NCBI GenBank assembly: GCA_031835245.2
Contig: JAVKOQ020000005.1
Span: forward strand, 186,001 to 250,000
DNA length: 64,000 nt
Direction: 5' to 3'
From: Balamuthia mandrillaris
Lineage: Eukaryota
Position numbers and translations under genes: made by a program. The number at the start of each line of letters is the position of its first letter. Position 1 is the stretch's first letter. The notes under the pieces were generated by a model. That model had not been told where the DNA came from, searched no databases, and worked only from the letters and a program-made list of their open reading frames with translations. Shown here piece by piece: positions 1-14,484 of this stretch.

Positions 1-787
1 CGGCGGCCTCCGCCAAGTCTCTGGCCTCCACCAGCTCGAAGCCGGCCTCCTTCAGGGCGTCCACCACCTCCTTGGGCCTCACGAGGTCCGGCAGGCCGTT
101 GCCCTTCTCGATGTCCTCCTTGATCTGAACGTGCTCGGGGTTGTCAAAGTCAAACTTGTCGGTGATGACCCACTCGTAGACGCCAAAGAGCTGGCCCGGC
201 TTGAGGACTCGGAAGATCTCGGCGTAGCAGCCGACCTTGTCGGGGGCGTGGCAGGTGGCCTCGATGGCGTAGACGGCGTCAAAGTGGTCGGCCTCCACGG
301 GGATGTGCATAAAGTCGGCCTTCATGAAGGAGAGCTGGTGGGAGAGGCGGGCCTCGGCCGTCAGCTTCTTGGCGCGCTCTATCTGGTAGTCGTTGTTGTT
401 GAGGCCCACCACGTTGGCCTCGGAGAAGACGGCGATGGTCCGGGCGGGGCCGCCCACGCCGCAGCCCACGTCCAGCACCTTTTGGCCTCTTTGCAGCCCC
501 AAGCGATGGGCCAGGTACATCTCGTGACGGAAGATGGAGGCCTCGAAGCTCTCCCAGTGGCGGCGGGGCGCAAAGTGGAAGGACTGGCCCCAGCCGAACT
601 CGTAGAAGTTGGTCACCACGTCGTAGAAGTGGTTGACCAGGGTGGTGTAGTCGGCCTTGCGCCGCTCCACGGCGTTCTCCTTCTGGTCGTAGAACTGCAC
701 GTACTCGTCGACGTGGGTGTTGAGCCGGGCACGGCCGACGGACTCTTGGTTGACAAAGGCGGTGACGCGTTTCAGGTTGCCTTCCAT
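1..787 (-). CDS. SMT1: Sterol 24-C-methyltransferase (3' end runs off the window)
   Basis: Minus-strand translation from ATG at 787 gives MEGNLKRV...NHFYDVVTNFYEFGWGQSFHFAP...VLDVGCGVGGPAR...YAIEATCHAP...IEKGNGLP, all ERG6/SMT signature motifs. Not listed in the ORF track, presumably because the stop lies outside the window. Confidence 0.95.
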   Translation of the reverse strand, partial: MEGNLKRVTAFVNQESVGRARLNTHVDEYVQFYDQKENAVERRKADYTTLVNHFYDVVTNFYEFGWGQSFHFAPRRHWESFEASIFRHEMYLAHRLGLQRGQKVLDVGCGVGGPARTIAVFSEANVVGLNNNDYQIERAKKLTAEARLSHQLSFMKADFMHIPVEADHFDAVYAIEATCHAPDKVGCYAEIFRVLKPGQLFGVYEWVITDKFDFDNPEHVQIKEDIEKGNGLPDLVRPKEVVDALKEAGFELVEARDLAEAA

Positions 788-1477
788 TGTGCGCGGGTGT
801 GTGTGTGTGAGGTAGAGAGAGGTGAAAAAAAAAAAGAAAGAGCAGTGTGGGGTCAAAAATCCGACGGAGTGAAAGAAGTGGACCTAGCTAGGGGCTGCAA
901 TGTGCAAAAAGAAGAAGAAGAAAGAGCAGAAGAGGAAAAAAGAAAAGCGGGAAGGAAGAAAAAAGCGAGGAGGGTAGTGGTATAATGACGAAAAGAGGGT
1001 TGCCGTTAATTCGGCTGGCCAGCCTGCAATGATGGAGGGCAAGAGCTGTCTATTTTCCTCTGCTTGCGGTGCGGGCTTTCGCCCACCACGGGAAAAGCCA
1101 GACAGTTTCCACGGCGTTTTCCATTTCGTTGGTGCAAACCGGCATTTCCCCTCGGTTGAATTACCAGATTAAAACGGGAAATGATTAAAAGGGTATTAAA
1201 TGAATCCACAAAAGGAAATCTCCTCGGAAAAACAGCAGCTGAACTTTGCCGCTTGATTGCGGCACTTGCGACATTTTTGCTATCTGCCGCGTTGGATAAG
1301 GGAGAGGGCACGAGATTGGATGTGAGCAGGGAACGAAAGCGGTGAATTTTTAGGTATGTATTCAGAAAAATCGATAATTCTATATAATTACAAAAATCAA
1401 AAATTATCCATAATAATCGAAAAAACTTTTTAGAACAAACGAAAAGAAAAGAAAAGAAAAGGAAGGAAGAGAGATCA

Positions 1478-2046
1478 ATGTCGGCTCCACTGTCGCAAAG
1501 GACGAGGGCGTTGGGAGCGTTCAAGCAACTGGTACGGACGCAGCGGACCATCTTCGCGAGCGATACCTATGCGCAGTCGAAAGCCATGGAAAAGATCAGA
1601 GCAGAGTTCATGGCACACAAAGGTTATTTTTGGATTATTTTTTTTTTCTTATTTAACTTTTAAAATATATCTGATCGACGCTATGCTTTTATGTGCAGAG
1701 GAAAGCGATGCAGGAAAGATTGATAACTTGATCCAACAAGCGGAGGACGCGAGCGTCTTCCTCCGGGATAAGGTGCTCCAAGGAAAGTTGGACGAACGCA
1801 ACAACGCTTATGGTACTCTCCCCCCTCTCTCTCGCTTTCTTCCACCTACTGCCTTTCTTCGGCTGTTTTCGTCGTTTCTCTTTCCCTCTTTCTCTTTTCT
1901 TTCTTTGACAAACCCTAACGTACCTCTTTCCAGTGGTGGAAGCACAACGCAAGCATCTTCGTTTTCACGACCCCATGTTCGAGGGCACGACCGACAAAAA
2001 CGACGAATCCTCCGGAGGACAAGCCTTCAAGTGTTGTTCCTCCTAA
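1478..2046 (+). CDS. LYR-motif protein, complex III assembly factor LYRM7/MZM1-like (3 exons)
   Basis: Spliced: MSAPLSQRTRALGAFKQLVRTQRTIFASD...KIRAEFMAHK / EESDAGKIDNLIQQAEDASVFLRDKVLQGKL... / ...FKCCSS*. The degenerate LYR motif and the FLR..V.QG pattern fit LYRM7. Confidence 0.7.
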
Positions 2047-2190
2047 TGCCTTCTCGTTTGGTTTTTTTTTTGTTCTCTCCTTTGTTCATAGCAATACCTG
2101 ATATCTACATTCAACAAAAACAAAAAGCGACTTTCGGTTCAACCAAAAGCCACCATTTCTTTCTCTTCCTTTCTTCCTCTATCTTCCATC

Positions 2191-3342
2191 TCACTTGCCG
2201 GCCTCCCCAATGTGCATCTTGATCCAAGGATGCTCTCGGATGCCCTCCAAGCTCAACCGCTTCTCCGGCTCGTGCACCAAGATCTTCGAGATCAAGTCCT
2301 TGGCCAAAGGGCTTATATACGCCGGATACGTCAGCTGCACCTTGCTGATGCGCACCGTCGTGTCCCGCTGACTTTCCGTCTCAAAGGGCGGTTTACCCAC
2401 CAGGAACTCGTAGAGGAGGACTCCAAGACTCCAAATGTCAACCGCATTGTTGTGCGTTTTGCCTTCGATCATCTCTGGGGGGAGATAGTCGAGCGTGCCG
2501 CAGAGAGTCTTGCGACGGGAGTGAGGAGCGTGGACGGACCATCCAAAGTCGGCTATTTTGAGCTCCCCGTGAAGCCCTACGAGGAGGTTCTCCGGTTTGA
2601 TGTCGCGGTGGATGACGTGCTTCTTGTGACAGTAGGCCAGGGCTTCGGCGAGTGAGGCGATGTACTATGGAATGGAGAAAGAGTTAACAGAGAAGAAAAC
2701 GGTGCTGCGGAGGAGGGAGAGAGAAGCTAAAGAAGAAACAATGGAGGGAGAGAAGGGAAATGGAAGAGGGGAGCAATAAAGAGAGAGGACAAAAAGAAGC
2801 GAAACGGGGACGGAAGAGAGACTCAAAGAGAAAGCAGAAGGGAAAAAAAAAAGGAGGGCGGACGTACGGTAGCAGAGGTGCGTTCGTCAAAGCGAGTATG
2901 CTTGCGGAGATGTTTGTAGAGTTCCCCGCCAGCCGCAAATTCCAAGATGAGAAAGACGCGAGTGGAGTCATGAAAGTAGCCATACAGTCGAAGAATATTT
3001 GGGTGCCTATTTTTGTTTGGTTTAGATGAGAAACCAAACGATAAGACACAGAGAGAGAAGAGAGCAAGAGAGAGAGAGAGAGAGAGAGTGAGACAGAGTG
3101 AGACAAAGGTACCGAAGATGTGATTGAATTTCAATCTCTCGCCGGAGCTGGTGCTCCACTTTGTTCTTTTTGAGCTGACACTTGAACAGGACCTTCAAAG
3201 CCACTATGTACTTGCTCCGCTTCTCCCTGGCCACATATACATTGCCAAACTTGCCCTTTCCCAGTTTTCTGCCAATCTCAAAGTCGTCCAGGGTGAAGCT
3301 CCTTAGCTTTGGTTTGTTGTTTTGTATCAGTTGTTCCGCCAT
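2191..3342 (-). CDS. Aurora kinase (3 exons)
   Basis: [94 protein letters not shown]. Confidence 0.97.
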
Positions 3343-3363
3343 GGTGTCTATGTCTGTTTATAT

Positions 3364-3482
<119 letters not shown>

Positions 3483-3784
3483 GCTCCGCTTATTTTTTTT
3501 TTGTACTCCCACTTTCTCTTCCCGCACAACCAAAACGAATTTTTTTTTCTTGTGTTATTTATTCTCTTTGTGTTGAATTCATCGTTAACGACTCCATTAC
3601 CGTTAGGCCTGAACTTTCCCGCCAAAATTTTCCGTATTTTGTTTATTGGGTCGACATGAAAAATGGCTAACAATGTCGTCACGAGTATGTTGTCGTCAAG
3701 AAATCATTGTCGACAGCTGAAAGTCGGCACAAATGAAACCTCAGCAGAAACTTGGCGGAGGCACAGAGACGGAAGAAAGAAGGG

Positions 3785-4218
3785 ATGGACACGGCCTACG
3801 CGGATGATATCCTTCTAAAGTTACGAGCGTTACAAGCTCACGGTCACACCTTCTTTGATAAACTGTGAGTACACCTTCCTCTTTTTTTTTCTTTTCTTTT
3901 CACAAAAAACGCTGATACAAGCAAGATTCGAAAAAAAAATGAAAAAAAAATCAGATCCAACACACTGGATCATCCGTACGACGCGGAAGAGGCACGCAAG
4001 GATAAAGAGCAGCTGCTCAAGCTGTTGAGCGAGATGGAGATGCAGCTAAAGTCCGGGCTGCTGCTCAACCTGGAGGAGAACACCCCCGAGATGGAAGGCC
4101 TGGCCATGCAGGACCGCTTCAAGGCCATGGACCTCCACTCCCGCCAACAACACACCGAACGGGAACGCCTCACCAGAAACGCAAAAGCCTTTGAAAAACG
4201 GTTTCTCCCTTCCTCATA
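3785..4218 (+). CDS. Small hypothetical helical protein (~114 aa, 2 exons)
   Basis: MDTAYADDILLKLRALQAHGHTFFDK, then a GTGAGT...TCAG intron (~3865-3954), joins in frame to SNTLDHPYDAEEARKDKEQLLKLLSEMEMQLK...FLPSS*. Exon 2 is GC3-rich. No family recognised. Confidence 0.65.
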
Positions 4219-4269
4219 AAACAGATCAAGAAGAAAGAAAGGCACGAATGTAAGTAAATAACTTATGTA

Positions 4270-7200
4270 TTAAGACAGCTTTAACGTGATGATCTTCTTC
4301 TTGGGCACTTTCATGACCAGCTTTCCATCGGGCCGCAACGGCAGGAGCGTCACTTTGTCCAGCGGTTTCTCGTTGAGTTTGACCATCTCCACTTTGGACA
4401 CTCTCAGCTTGGGGTGGAAGCGCAGCTCGGCCTCCGCCACGTCGTGCTCAAACGGGTTGAAGAAGCGGAGGATGAGGGCGTTCTCGTAGTCGGCCTTTTT
4501 CAGGGAGGAGAGCACCAGGTAATACGGCCGAATGTCGATGAGGGATTGGTCCATGTTGATGGTGCTGCTGGAGGAAGTTGTTGGCAGAAGAGAAGTGGTT
4601 TTAGAGGGAGTGTTGGTGTAGGGCGTCCTTGCTAAGTACTGTTTGGAGAGAGAAGAGAGAAGAGAGCAATGATGTTAAGTTAGTTAAAAATCAACGTGGA
4701 ATGGGAAATAAAAAAGAAGAGAACATATGAGCAAGAAAAACGTTTCAAACCTGAAGATCAGAAGTCATGTCAATGATGGCCTCCGGGATGAAGCCAGGAT
4801 AGTTAATATCCGCCCAGGCCATCATCTTCTCGTTGAATGCGCGAGCCTCCAAGTCCACCATGCCAAACGGGAAGTTGGCATCGACGCTGTTGAATGGGAT
4901 GACGGCCATCTCAAAAGCGTGACGACCCGGCGATTGGGCAGAAGCCACCGGGAACGTGCCCCAATCTCCTATGGCGCCTGTGGCTCTCATCAAAGTTACT
5001 GCCAAACGATCTGTTGGTGTGTTGTTGGTTAAATATTTTTGTTGTCGGAAAGAAAGAAAGAGACAATGATGAAAAGAAAGAATAGAAGAAGGCAACGAAG
5101 GAGGGGTGTCGGAAACAAAAAAAAGCACAAACTTGTGTCGATTTGATATTCGTAAAGGCCTCTGTTGGCAACGCCAAGGCCAATGCGCTTGGCAGAGCAA
5201 TAGCCAACCAAGTACTTGAGCTGTGGCTGGAAGAGCTTGCTGGAGGGAGGGCGACTGATGGTCTCGAACTGGGAGTCGGCAAAGGACTTATCCATCGAGC
5301 ATGCGGAAATAGGGAACAGCGCACGAAGGCGCCAGTTTGTGGCTGTGTTGTCAAACTCAAGTCGGATTTCTTTTGGTGTTGTTGTCTAAAGTTAAAACGA
5401 AAAAGCAAAAGAAAAAGTCGGAGGGAGAAGAGGTATCATACCAACGCGCTGACTGTGCCGTTTGAGGATGTAGAGGAGGGTGGCTGGCATGCGGACGTTC
5501 TTCGACATCAGAGTAACTGACAGCTTGATCATGGAGTGAGTGTAATAATGGTAGGTTCCCTCTAAGCGAACATCCTTTTCCTCTACTGTCCCTCCCGCAC
5601 TCTGTAATCAATTTCAATAAATGCAGAGAAGGAGAGAAAACGGAAAAATGAAATGGAACATGAGATACATAAATACCAAACGAGAAAGAAAACAGAAAAC
5701 GCAACACATACTCCTCTAAACTTGTACTGGTCTCCCGAGTCACTGCTAATCTCCAATTTGTTAAGCCCGGTCCAAACTGTGCCAGATGCTTTATGCTTGA
5801 TCTGTATTGTTGCTCCTTTGAGCAGCTCCACTTGCAAGTGCTCATTCTCCATACGACTTCCCGCAAGTGTAACCACGGTCTCATCATTCTGTTGTTGTGG
5901 TGGTTGTGGTACGTTGTATTCTTCTTCGGGATCAGGTTCGTGGAAGCCAGGAATGCGTTGCTCCAGAGGATGTTCCCTCCTTTCTCTGTTTTGTTGTGCT
6001 CCATGTTTAACTTCTTCTTCGCGTTCAGGCTCGTGAAAGCCTGGAATGCGTTGCTCCAAATAGTTTCGTTCTTCTGTTTAGGCAATGTGTATTTGGCTTT
6101 GTTAAGAAGTAGAAGTAGTAGTAGTAGAAGAAGAAGAAAACAAGAAACAAAAGAGAACACACCATCACCAACAGAGAGAGTAGTTCGAGCGCCAGGTGAT
6201 CGAACACCTCCTACACCTAGCGTAGTTGCGGTACGAACTGGAGTTTGAGTAGCTGGAATTGAACTAGGCCGCGTGCTGGTTGAAGGGCTAGAGGCAGGAT
6301 ATCTAATCGTGTAAAAGCTGTAGCCCATCGGTGGGACTGTCGCCACAAAAGCCACGGCGTTGTCACTGGTGGTTTCTGGTTGACGGAAGCCCACGTCGGG
6401 CAGCTTGTAATGCCAAACACGACTGTTGTGCTTAAGCCAGACGGCCTCCTGTGTGTTGCCGTTCTGATCGACCACTGTGAGGCTGCTACCCGTTCCTCCT
6501 GATGTCGTTGTTCTCCCTCCGCCTCTTGAAACAACACCCGATTTGTCGCCTATCATTTTTAATATTTTAAAAATGTTATTGCTTGAGGGAGGGGAGGGGG
6601 AGGAGGGAGGGAGGGATACCGAAATAGTTGACCACAACTACTTCCCTGCGAGGAAAGCTGGAGGGGTTCATGACGACTACCGTCTGTCCATCACCTAAGC
6701 TCCCACGAGAGGTGCTCGGCAAGTTACGAGCCACAGCCATGGCCGAGTAGGTAGACATCTGCTCCACCACCTGTCTTACCTTTGTGAATCGCATATCAAC
6801 CTCTTGATGAACCTCTCCAGCGCTGCATCCACAAATACTATCGTGCGGATGGTTCTCAAGCAATACCCGCCAAGCGTACCAAATAGTGTCGCGGTCATAC
6901 TTTCGACCCTCCATTCTCCATGCTAAAGCCTCCAAGGGTTCCACCCACCGCTCCAAATAGGTTTGCAACATCCAGTTCATTTGCTTTTGCGCCGGTTTGT
7001 TGCTAAGGGTGTTGGTGAGGTGCTGCACGTCCGCCCGAAGCTCACCCGTGCGTCTTTGTAGAGTGTTCAATTTGCTGCAATGAGAGGGCGACAAGAAAAA
7101 AAAAAAAAAAGGGAAAGCGTTGAATGTGGGAATGGCCATAGATGATAAGAAAAAAAAAAGGAGAGAGAGAGAGAATGATGTTAGCGCGAAGCAGGAAGGA

Positions 7201-9030
7201 GCAAGAAAAAAAAAGAGAAAACGGGGAGGATGTATGTACGGTCCGAGATCAAGGCGGACCAACTCTACATAGTCTTCCATGTTAGAGTGCACCACCGTTT
7301 TTTGGGGCTCTTTCTTGCGATACATGTCCTGCAAGGCGACAATGGTATCGGGAAGATCCGGATCTGGTGCGCTGTGATCGCAGCCATTCATTAACAGGAC
7401 GTGTTTTGTTTTGCTGTTCCTGGAGGCCTCGACCCTTTTTTTCTGATATTTGTGAATATTGTTAAAGAACGAGAAAAAGCAATGAAAGGAAAGGCAAGGA
7501 AATAAAAGACATGAAAGCTAACGGAGAAAACATACAGCCAGCACAGAGTCAATGCTCTCCAATGACGTTTTTGGATACGTGGGAATTGCCAGACCGTTAC
7601 AATACCACGCTTTTAAATAGATAAATAGGACCTCAGAGCCATCCGGCGATACCCAAAAGGTCTCCGGTCCATAAATGGTCTCAAGGCCTCTTCCAGAAAC
7701 AGCTGAATTGATGTCAAATCCAAGTAACATTTGTGGCTGTAATGAGCAAAAAAAAAAAGGTAATGAGCACAAGATGAAAGGAGAAACGAAAAACAAACAG
7801 AAGAGAGAGGTAAAACAAAAGAGGAGATGAAGTTACCATTTGAGCAATGTGACCAAAGGAGTCTGGAATATAGCCAATCGGTGTATACCCGCCCAGCTCT
7901 TCAGCCTTGTGAATGCCGATCTGCAAGTTGCGAACAAGAGCCTCTGCACTTACCAAAAATTCGTCCGGTTGAACGTACCTGAGAAAGTGTTCATTGTAAC
8001 ATTCATAACTTGTTAGCATTTCATTCGGATCACTCAGTTAAGATAGCAGCGAGGAAGAGAAAAGAAGAAGAGAAAAGAAAGAAGTGAGAGCAGCGAGAAG
8101 CAGTGGGCATGAACGACGTAAGTGAGAGAAAGAAAAATATACCATGGGCCTAATCCGATCTTGCCTTGAGCATTTGCTTGTTGCAACAAGAGCCTTACAT
8201 TCTCACCTCTGATTTGGGCATAGTCATCCACCGGAATCATTTGGCCGTCCAAATGGAAGTGCTTGAAGCTGCCATTGCGGTTGATGGCATCCATGACGGT
8301 GTCCATGAGGCGAACGAGCCGACCACGAAAGGTCTCGAAGGGCAAATACCACTCTCTGTCCCAATGAGTGTGTGATACAATGTGGGTAACGCTGTTATAT
8401 TTGTGTTGTAATTCTTGTAATGGCAAGGCATGGGCTGGCTCTATATGAATGGAGGGCGAGACAGAGTAAGCAAAGGAGAGAGAGAGAGAGAGAGAGATTT
8501 ATCGAATGGAGAAGAGAAAGAAGAGAGAAGAGTGAGATAGAAAAGAGAGAGGAGAGAAGAAGCAGAGAACAAGAGGAAGGAGAGGAAAGGCCAGAATGGA
8601 GAGAGAGCAGGAAAGAAGAAATGATAAAAAAAAAGCGTAGAGAAAGAGAAACCATACTTCGACCCAAACCGCCAGTTGGAGTTAGCGTGGTGGGTGGCGG
8701 TGGTGGCGGAGGCAACTCATCCAGCTCAAACTCCCCAGCCTCTCGTCTGGTCTCCACCATCCGACGCAGCTCCTCCTCGATGGCTCTCAGCTGTTGCGCC
8801 TCCGCCAAGGCCTCCTGCAGCTGTACCGTCTTCTCGTTGATGGCCTGCTGCTTCTCCTGCACCGCCCGCGTGAGCTCGCTCCTCTCCTGCTCCAGCAGCT
8901 CCGTGAGCTGGAGCTTCTCCTCCACATGCATGCGGTGGTCCTCTGACATGTAGTAGATCCCAAAGGAGGAGAGCATCGTGAATACCAGTCCCACGGCTAG
9001 GAAGGCAACGAAGGAACGCTGCCGAGGCAT
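4270..9030 (-). CDS. GH38 alpha-mannosidase of bacterial MngB-like type, with N-terminal TM anchor and coiled-coil stem (multi-exon)
   Basis: HIVSHTHWDREWYLPF, FHLDGQ, GPWYVQPDEFLVSAEALVRNL, GYIPDSFGH, NGCDH, LLENHPHDSICGCS, C-terminal LKKADYENALILRFFNP. The N-terminus has a hydrophobic segment AFLAVGLVFTMLSSFGIYY. Confidence 0.92.
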
Positions 9031-9492
9031 TTCGTCCTTGCTCTTGGCTTGAGGTTGTTGTTGTGCCTGTGTATTATTATTTTTTTTTTGAGTTCTCTAG
9101 TTTTATTTTTTTTTAAAAAAAGATAAGTTTGAAGGAGAAAGAGAGAGAGAGAGAGAGAAACAAACCTTTTTTTCAAAAGAAAAGAGAAGAACAACCCAAA
9201 GGAGGAGGAGGAGAAGAAGAAGGGAATGACAACGGTGAGGGTGCTCTTCTTTGCTTTTCTTTTTCTTTCTTTTCTTTCTTTTCTGGTGTGGCAAGAACCC
9301 TCGCTATTGCATTAATTATGAATTCTGTCGAATATTTCGAAAATAATTGAGATTATTATTCCTTATTTGAACAAATTAATCATTTGATATGTTCATTTTA
9401 GGTAATTTCCCGATCATTCTATTCAACAGAGTTTGATAATATTTTTTCGTTTTCGTTTTTTTTTGTTTTGGGTTCGTGTGGCGATTTCTTGT

Positions 9493-12060
<2,568 letters not shown>

Positions 12061-12328
12061 TGCTCTCTTCCTTTCTTTACTTCTTGTTTTGTTGCCCGTA
12101 AAATATGAGGTTGTGTGCAGCTGCTCAGCACAAATTGTTCGGTAAAACCTTAACGGACCACCATTGTTGCACAAATATAGCACAAACGGTGCTGGGTTTG
12201 GGGTTCTGAGCTGAAATGTTGAACAAATGCTGCTATTTCAAAGCACGGTTTGTTGTCATGCCATTATAGCTCCTTTTTTTAATTCGTTACAAAAACAAAA
12301 AAAAAAAAAAAACACACGCACAGCCGTT

Positions 12329-13978
12329 TCATGCTTCCTCCAAAAATGTGTGTTGCTCTTCATCTGTGATGGGAATACCCACCGCATCAACAACAAGGTC
12401 CTCTTCGTTCAAAAAAAGCAAAGGCTCCAAGCCGTCCTCTTCTTCCCTCGCGCCCTCCTCCGTCTCTTCCTCGATGTTCTCCACAAGTTGCTCCGCTTTC
12501 TCTTCCTGGAAGTTGTTATCCCCAACGTCTTCCTCAATCGCCTGCACAACAGTTTCTGCATCCTCTTCCTCGTACTTCTGCTCTTGTACGTCTTCTTCCC
12601 TCCACGATGTTGTAAGAAAGGCTGTGTCCTGGCCATGCACTTCCCGATATGTAGGAACATCTACGACGCCGACTGCTGCAACAGTGTCTTCGGTTGTAGA
12701 AGTGGTTGTGGGTGGTTCAACGGGTTTCACCTTCGGCTTACATCCCACAAAAGTAAGATCAGGATGCCTTTCCCTAAAGTACTGCTTCGCCATCTGCTCT
12801 TGAAGGTCATGCAACACCTTGGCCTGCGCTCCGATAATGTCATCGTTCCTCCACCACGTGCTAGTAAAACGGTTGGTCTTCCTATCATACTTTTGAAGCA
12901 TCTCCATGGTGCGCTCATGGTCCTTTTCCCAAGGCAGCTTGAGCACTCGGTAGGACTCGAAGAGGAACTGTCCTCGCTCTGCCAAGCGATCCTCTTGGTG
13001 GGAGCAAACGTGGCCGGCCTCCTCCATGCGTGCGTACCAATCGCAGGTGCACCCCTCCAAAGGGAGTCCCACATCCGTGTGAACCTCCATGACCGCCTCC
13101 GTGCGAAACGCCGCGAAGCGGTCCTCTTTGGCCAAGAAGATGACGCCCCAGTCTTTGCCCTCAGCTTCGATCTCTGCCACAGCTTCATCGAAGGCGGAGA
13201 GCATCTGCGGGGCAAACCTTTTGGACTTGTCCTGCGCCTTGCCAGTGAGGTTGCTCATCACCACCGCCCCGTCGCTGTGCGTCCAAAAGTAGAAGGGCAT
13301 GCCCTGGCTCTGGGCGTCCATGGCGATGACCTGGTGCATCTGCGCAAAGGTCAGCTGGGTGGGCGTGCGAAGCACGCGGGCGTGGCGCAGGACCAGCGGG
13401 TCGTGCGAGGGAGTGCAGTTGGGGGAGTTGTCCAGGACGACCAGGCGCTGGGAGAAGCCGCCGTAGAGGAGGCCGCGCAGGCTCTGAAGGAACATGGGGT
13501 AGTTGTGCTGGAACATGAGGTAGACCATCCAGCGACGGCCGTCCTCCTGGACGCGCATGCGGTGGAAGCCGCGGTCTTGGACCGTTCTCGTGGCGCGAAT
13601 GACCGTCTCGGAGGCCGCCAGGTGCTGAGCGAGGCAGCCGGAGCGAGGGAGCGGCTGCGCCGGCTCCAAAACGTTGCGCTCCTCGGGCCACTCCTTTGGG
13701 GAGAGGCTTTCTTTGGCGGGGGGGAGGTTCCAGCCGAGCCGCTGCTCCTCCTCCTCCAGCCAGTGGAAGCGCACCTGCGGGAAGTAAAACGCGAAGCCCT
13801 GCTGCTGCGCCTGCTGTCCGTCCGGCGACCGGGCTTGCTGTCGCTGGCGCGGTGGGTCGTTGTCGTTGGGCGGCGGGGTTAACATCAGGCTCTGAAAGGC
13901 CAGCAGCAGGGTCAGAGTGACTCCGAACCCAACCGCAAAGGCCCACACGCTCTCCAACCGCAACGGCCGTTGCTTCAT
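12329..13978 (-). CDS. Intronless type II membrane protein, putative GT-A (GT2-like) glycosyltransferase with acidic tail
   Basis: 549-aa ORF with an N-terminal TM segment. RLVVLDNS...LTFAQM...FYFWTHSD resembles GT2 nucleotide-sugar-binding elements, followed by CDWYARM...GH. The C-terminus is E/D-rich. Confidence 0.6.
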   Translation of the reverse strand: MKQRPLRLESVWAFAVGFGVTLTLLLAFQSLMLTPPPNDNDPPRQRQQARSPDGQQAQQQGFAFYFPQVRFHWLEEEEQRLGWNLPPAKESLSPKEWPEERNVLEPAQPLPRSGCLAQHLAASETVIRATRTVQDRGFHRMRVQEDGRRWMVYLMFQHNYPMFLQSLRGLLYGGFSQRLVVLDNSPNCTPSHDPLVLRHARVLRTPTQLTFAQMHQVIAMDAQSQGMPFYFWTHSDGAVVMSNLTGKAQDKSKRFAPQMLSAFDEAVAEIEAEGKDWGVIFLAKEDRFAAFRTEAVMEVHTDVGLPLEGCTCDWYARMEEAGHVCSHQEDRLAERGQFLFESYRVLKLPWEKDHERTMEMLQKYDRKTNRFTSTWWRNDDIIGAQAKVLHDLQEQMAKQYFRERHPDLTFVGCKPKVKPVEPPTTTSTTEDTVAAVGVVDVPTYREVHGQDTAFLTTSWREEDVQEQKYEEEDAETVVQAIEEDVGDNNFQEEKAEQLVENIEEETEEGAREEEDGLEPLLFLNEEDLVVDAVGIPITDEEQHTFLEEA

Positions 13979-14237
13979 GGCTCTCTCTCTTTTCCTTCCT
14001 TTGTTTTTTTTTTTTTTGAATGGGAAAGAAGAAGAAAGAAAATAAGCGCAGCTGGCTGCTCCTATTAATTAACGCCACTCACCTTAAGTGGAAAGGTCAG
14101 ATGGCCAAGGGAGGGGACAACGCGGAGCATTTCCTCCATTTTTTTTCGCTTCTGGGCCTTATTGGCCGCGTAGTCTTCTTGTTCGCATTCCCCCCCCTAC
14201 AACAAAGCGTGTACCTTGTCACCCATTTCCCTGAGTG

Positions 14238-14287
<50 letters not shown>

Positions 14288-14484
14288 GTCGGTCAGCCTG
14301 AGAGAGGGGAGGATTTCGTTCCGCAGTAAGCCCGCAGGGAGGAGTGGACAAAACCAAAAGGGAGCATGTGCCTCACGGTTTTCCCGCCTGTCTCTGTGCT
14401 CAGCGAGATATTTATCTTCATGACGACACGAAAAATATGATCGGAATGCCAAGAATTTCGTCACACCCGCAAAGAAAAAACAGG

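Noticed and set aside
131..985. 284-aa plus-strand ORF
   Set aside because: Antisense shadow of the GC3-rich SMT gene.
1100..1165. Superficial cobalamin-riboswitch-like GGGAA..CCGGT on the minus strand
   Set aside because: The remaining conserved B12-box elements are absent.
3720..3790. In-frame TGA upstream of the small ORF as possible selenocysteine or readthrough
   Set aside because: There is no upstream in-frame ATG without another stop, no redox motif and no recognisable SECIS.
12227..13882. 551-aa plus-strand ORF
   Set aside because: Antisense shadow of the GT-like gene, with no motifs of its own.
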